From positions 11,038,001 to 11,102,000 of the forward strand of contig NC_087263.1 in assembly GCF_037042905.1 (NCBI RefSeq): a DNA stretch of 64,000 bases, given 5' to 3'. Position 1 is the stretch's first letter, and the number at the start of each line of letters is the position of its first letter. This DNA comes from Lytechinus pictus (lineage: Eukaryota). Position numbers and translations under genes: made by a program. The notes beneath the pieces were generated by a model. The model searched no databases, was not told the DNA's origin, and saw only the letters and a program-made list of their open reading frames with translations. Shown piece by piece: positions 63,801 through 64,000 of this stretch.

Positions 63801-64000
63801 TCAGGTCTGGTAGTCTTACTCTCCAGGGTCATGGGCAGGGGTGGATCCAAGATTTCTGTTTTTCCATTTCAAAGGGGGCGGTATTTTGTACAGGAAAAAT
63901 ATTGACACCCTCCAAAAAAGAGTTATTCCTACCAATTCGAGCTCATTTTGTTCCAGGAAAAAAATGACAAGCAACAAAACGTATATACATGTATATATAT

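Overview
AT-rich eukaryotic genomic DNA. The repeat content suggests a sea urchin or other echinoderm, but that is an inference. Positions 227-36177 on the minus strand hold the 5' half of CEP290. I traced 29 coding exons by hand (3939 nt, 1313 codons, reading phase consistent throughout), and the gene continues off the left edge. A probable non-coding first exon and CpG-rich promoter lie at about 36.4-37.0 kb. No second host gene was recognised in 37-64 kb. That part contains nested non-autonomous DNA transposons, a 1.7-kb foldback element, and a near-full-length L2/CR1-supergroup LINE (PHD-endonuclease-RT) with one frameshift and one premature stop. I found no convincing new biological system. 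The most interesting signals concern CEP290 splicing: (i) a partial exon duplication that creates an in-frame 48-nt AG/GT-bounded proto-exon whose four differences all fall at third codon positions; (ii) four exons whose 3' splice sites directly abut sense-oriented retroelement tails; (iii) an intron with a GC donor and AAG acceptor; (iv) an exon starting with a recursive-type AG|GTAAG. Also notable are an inverted repeat bracketing the promoter and a possible 8.2-kb TA|GGCC-ended element carrying nested insertions. All homology calls come from recalled sequences and motifs, not from database searches.
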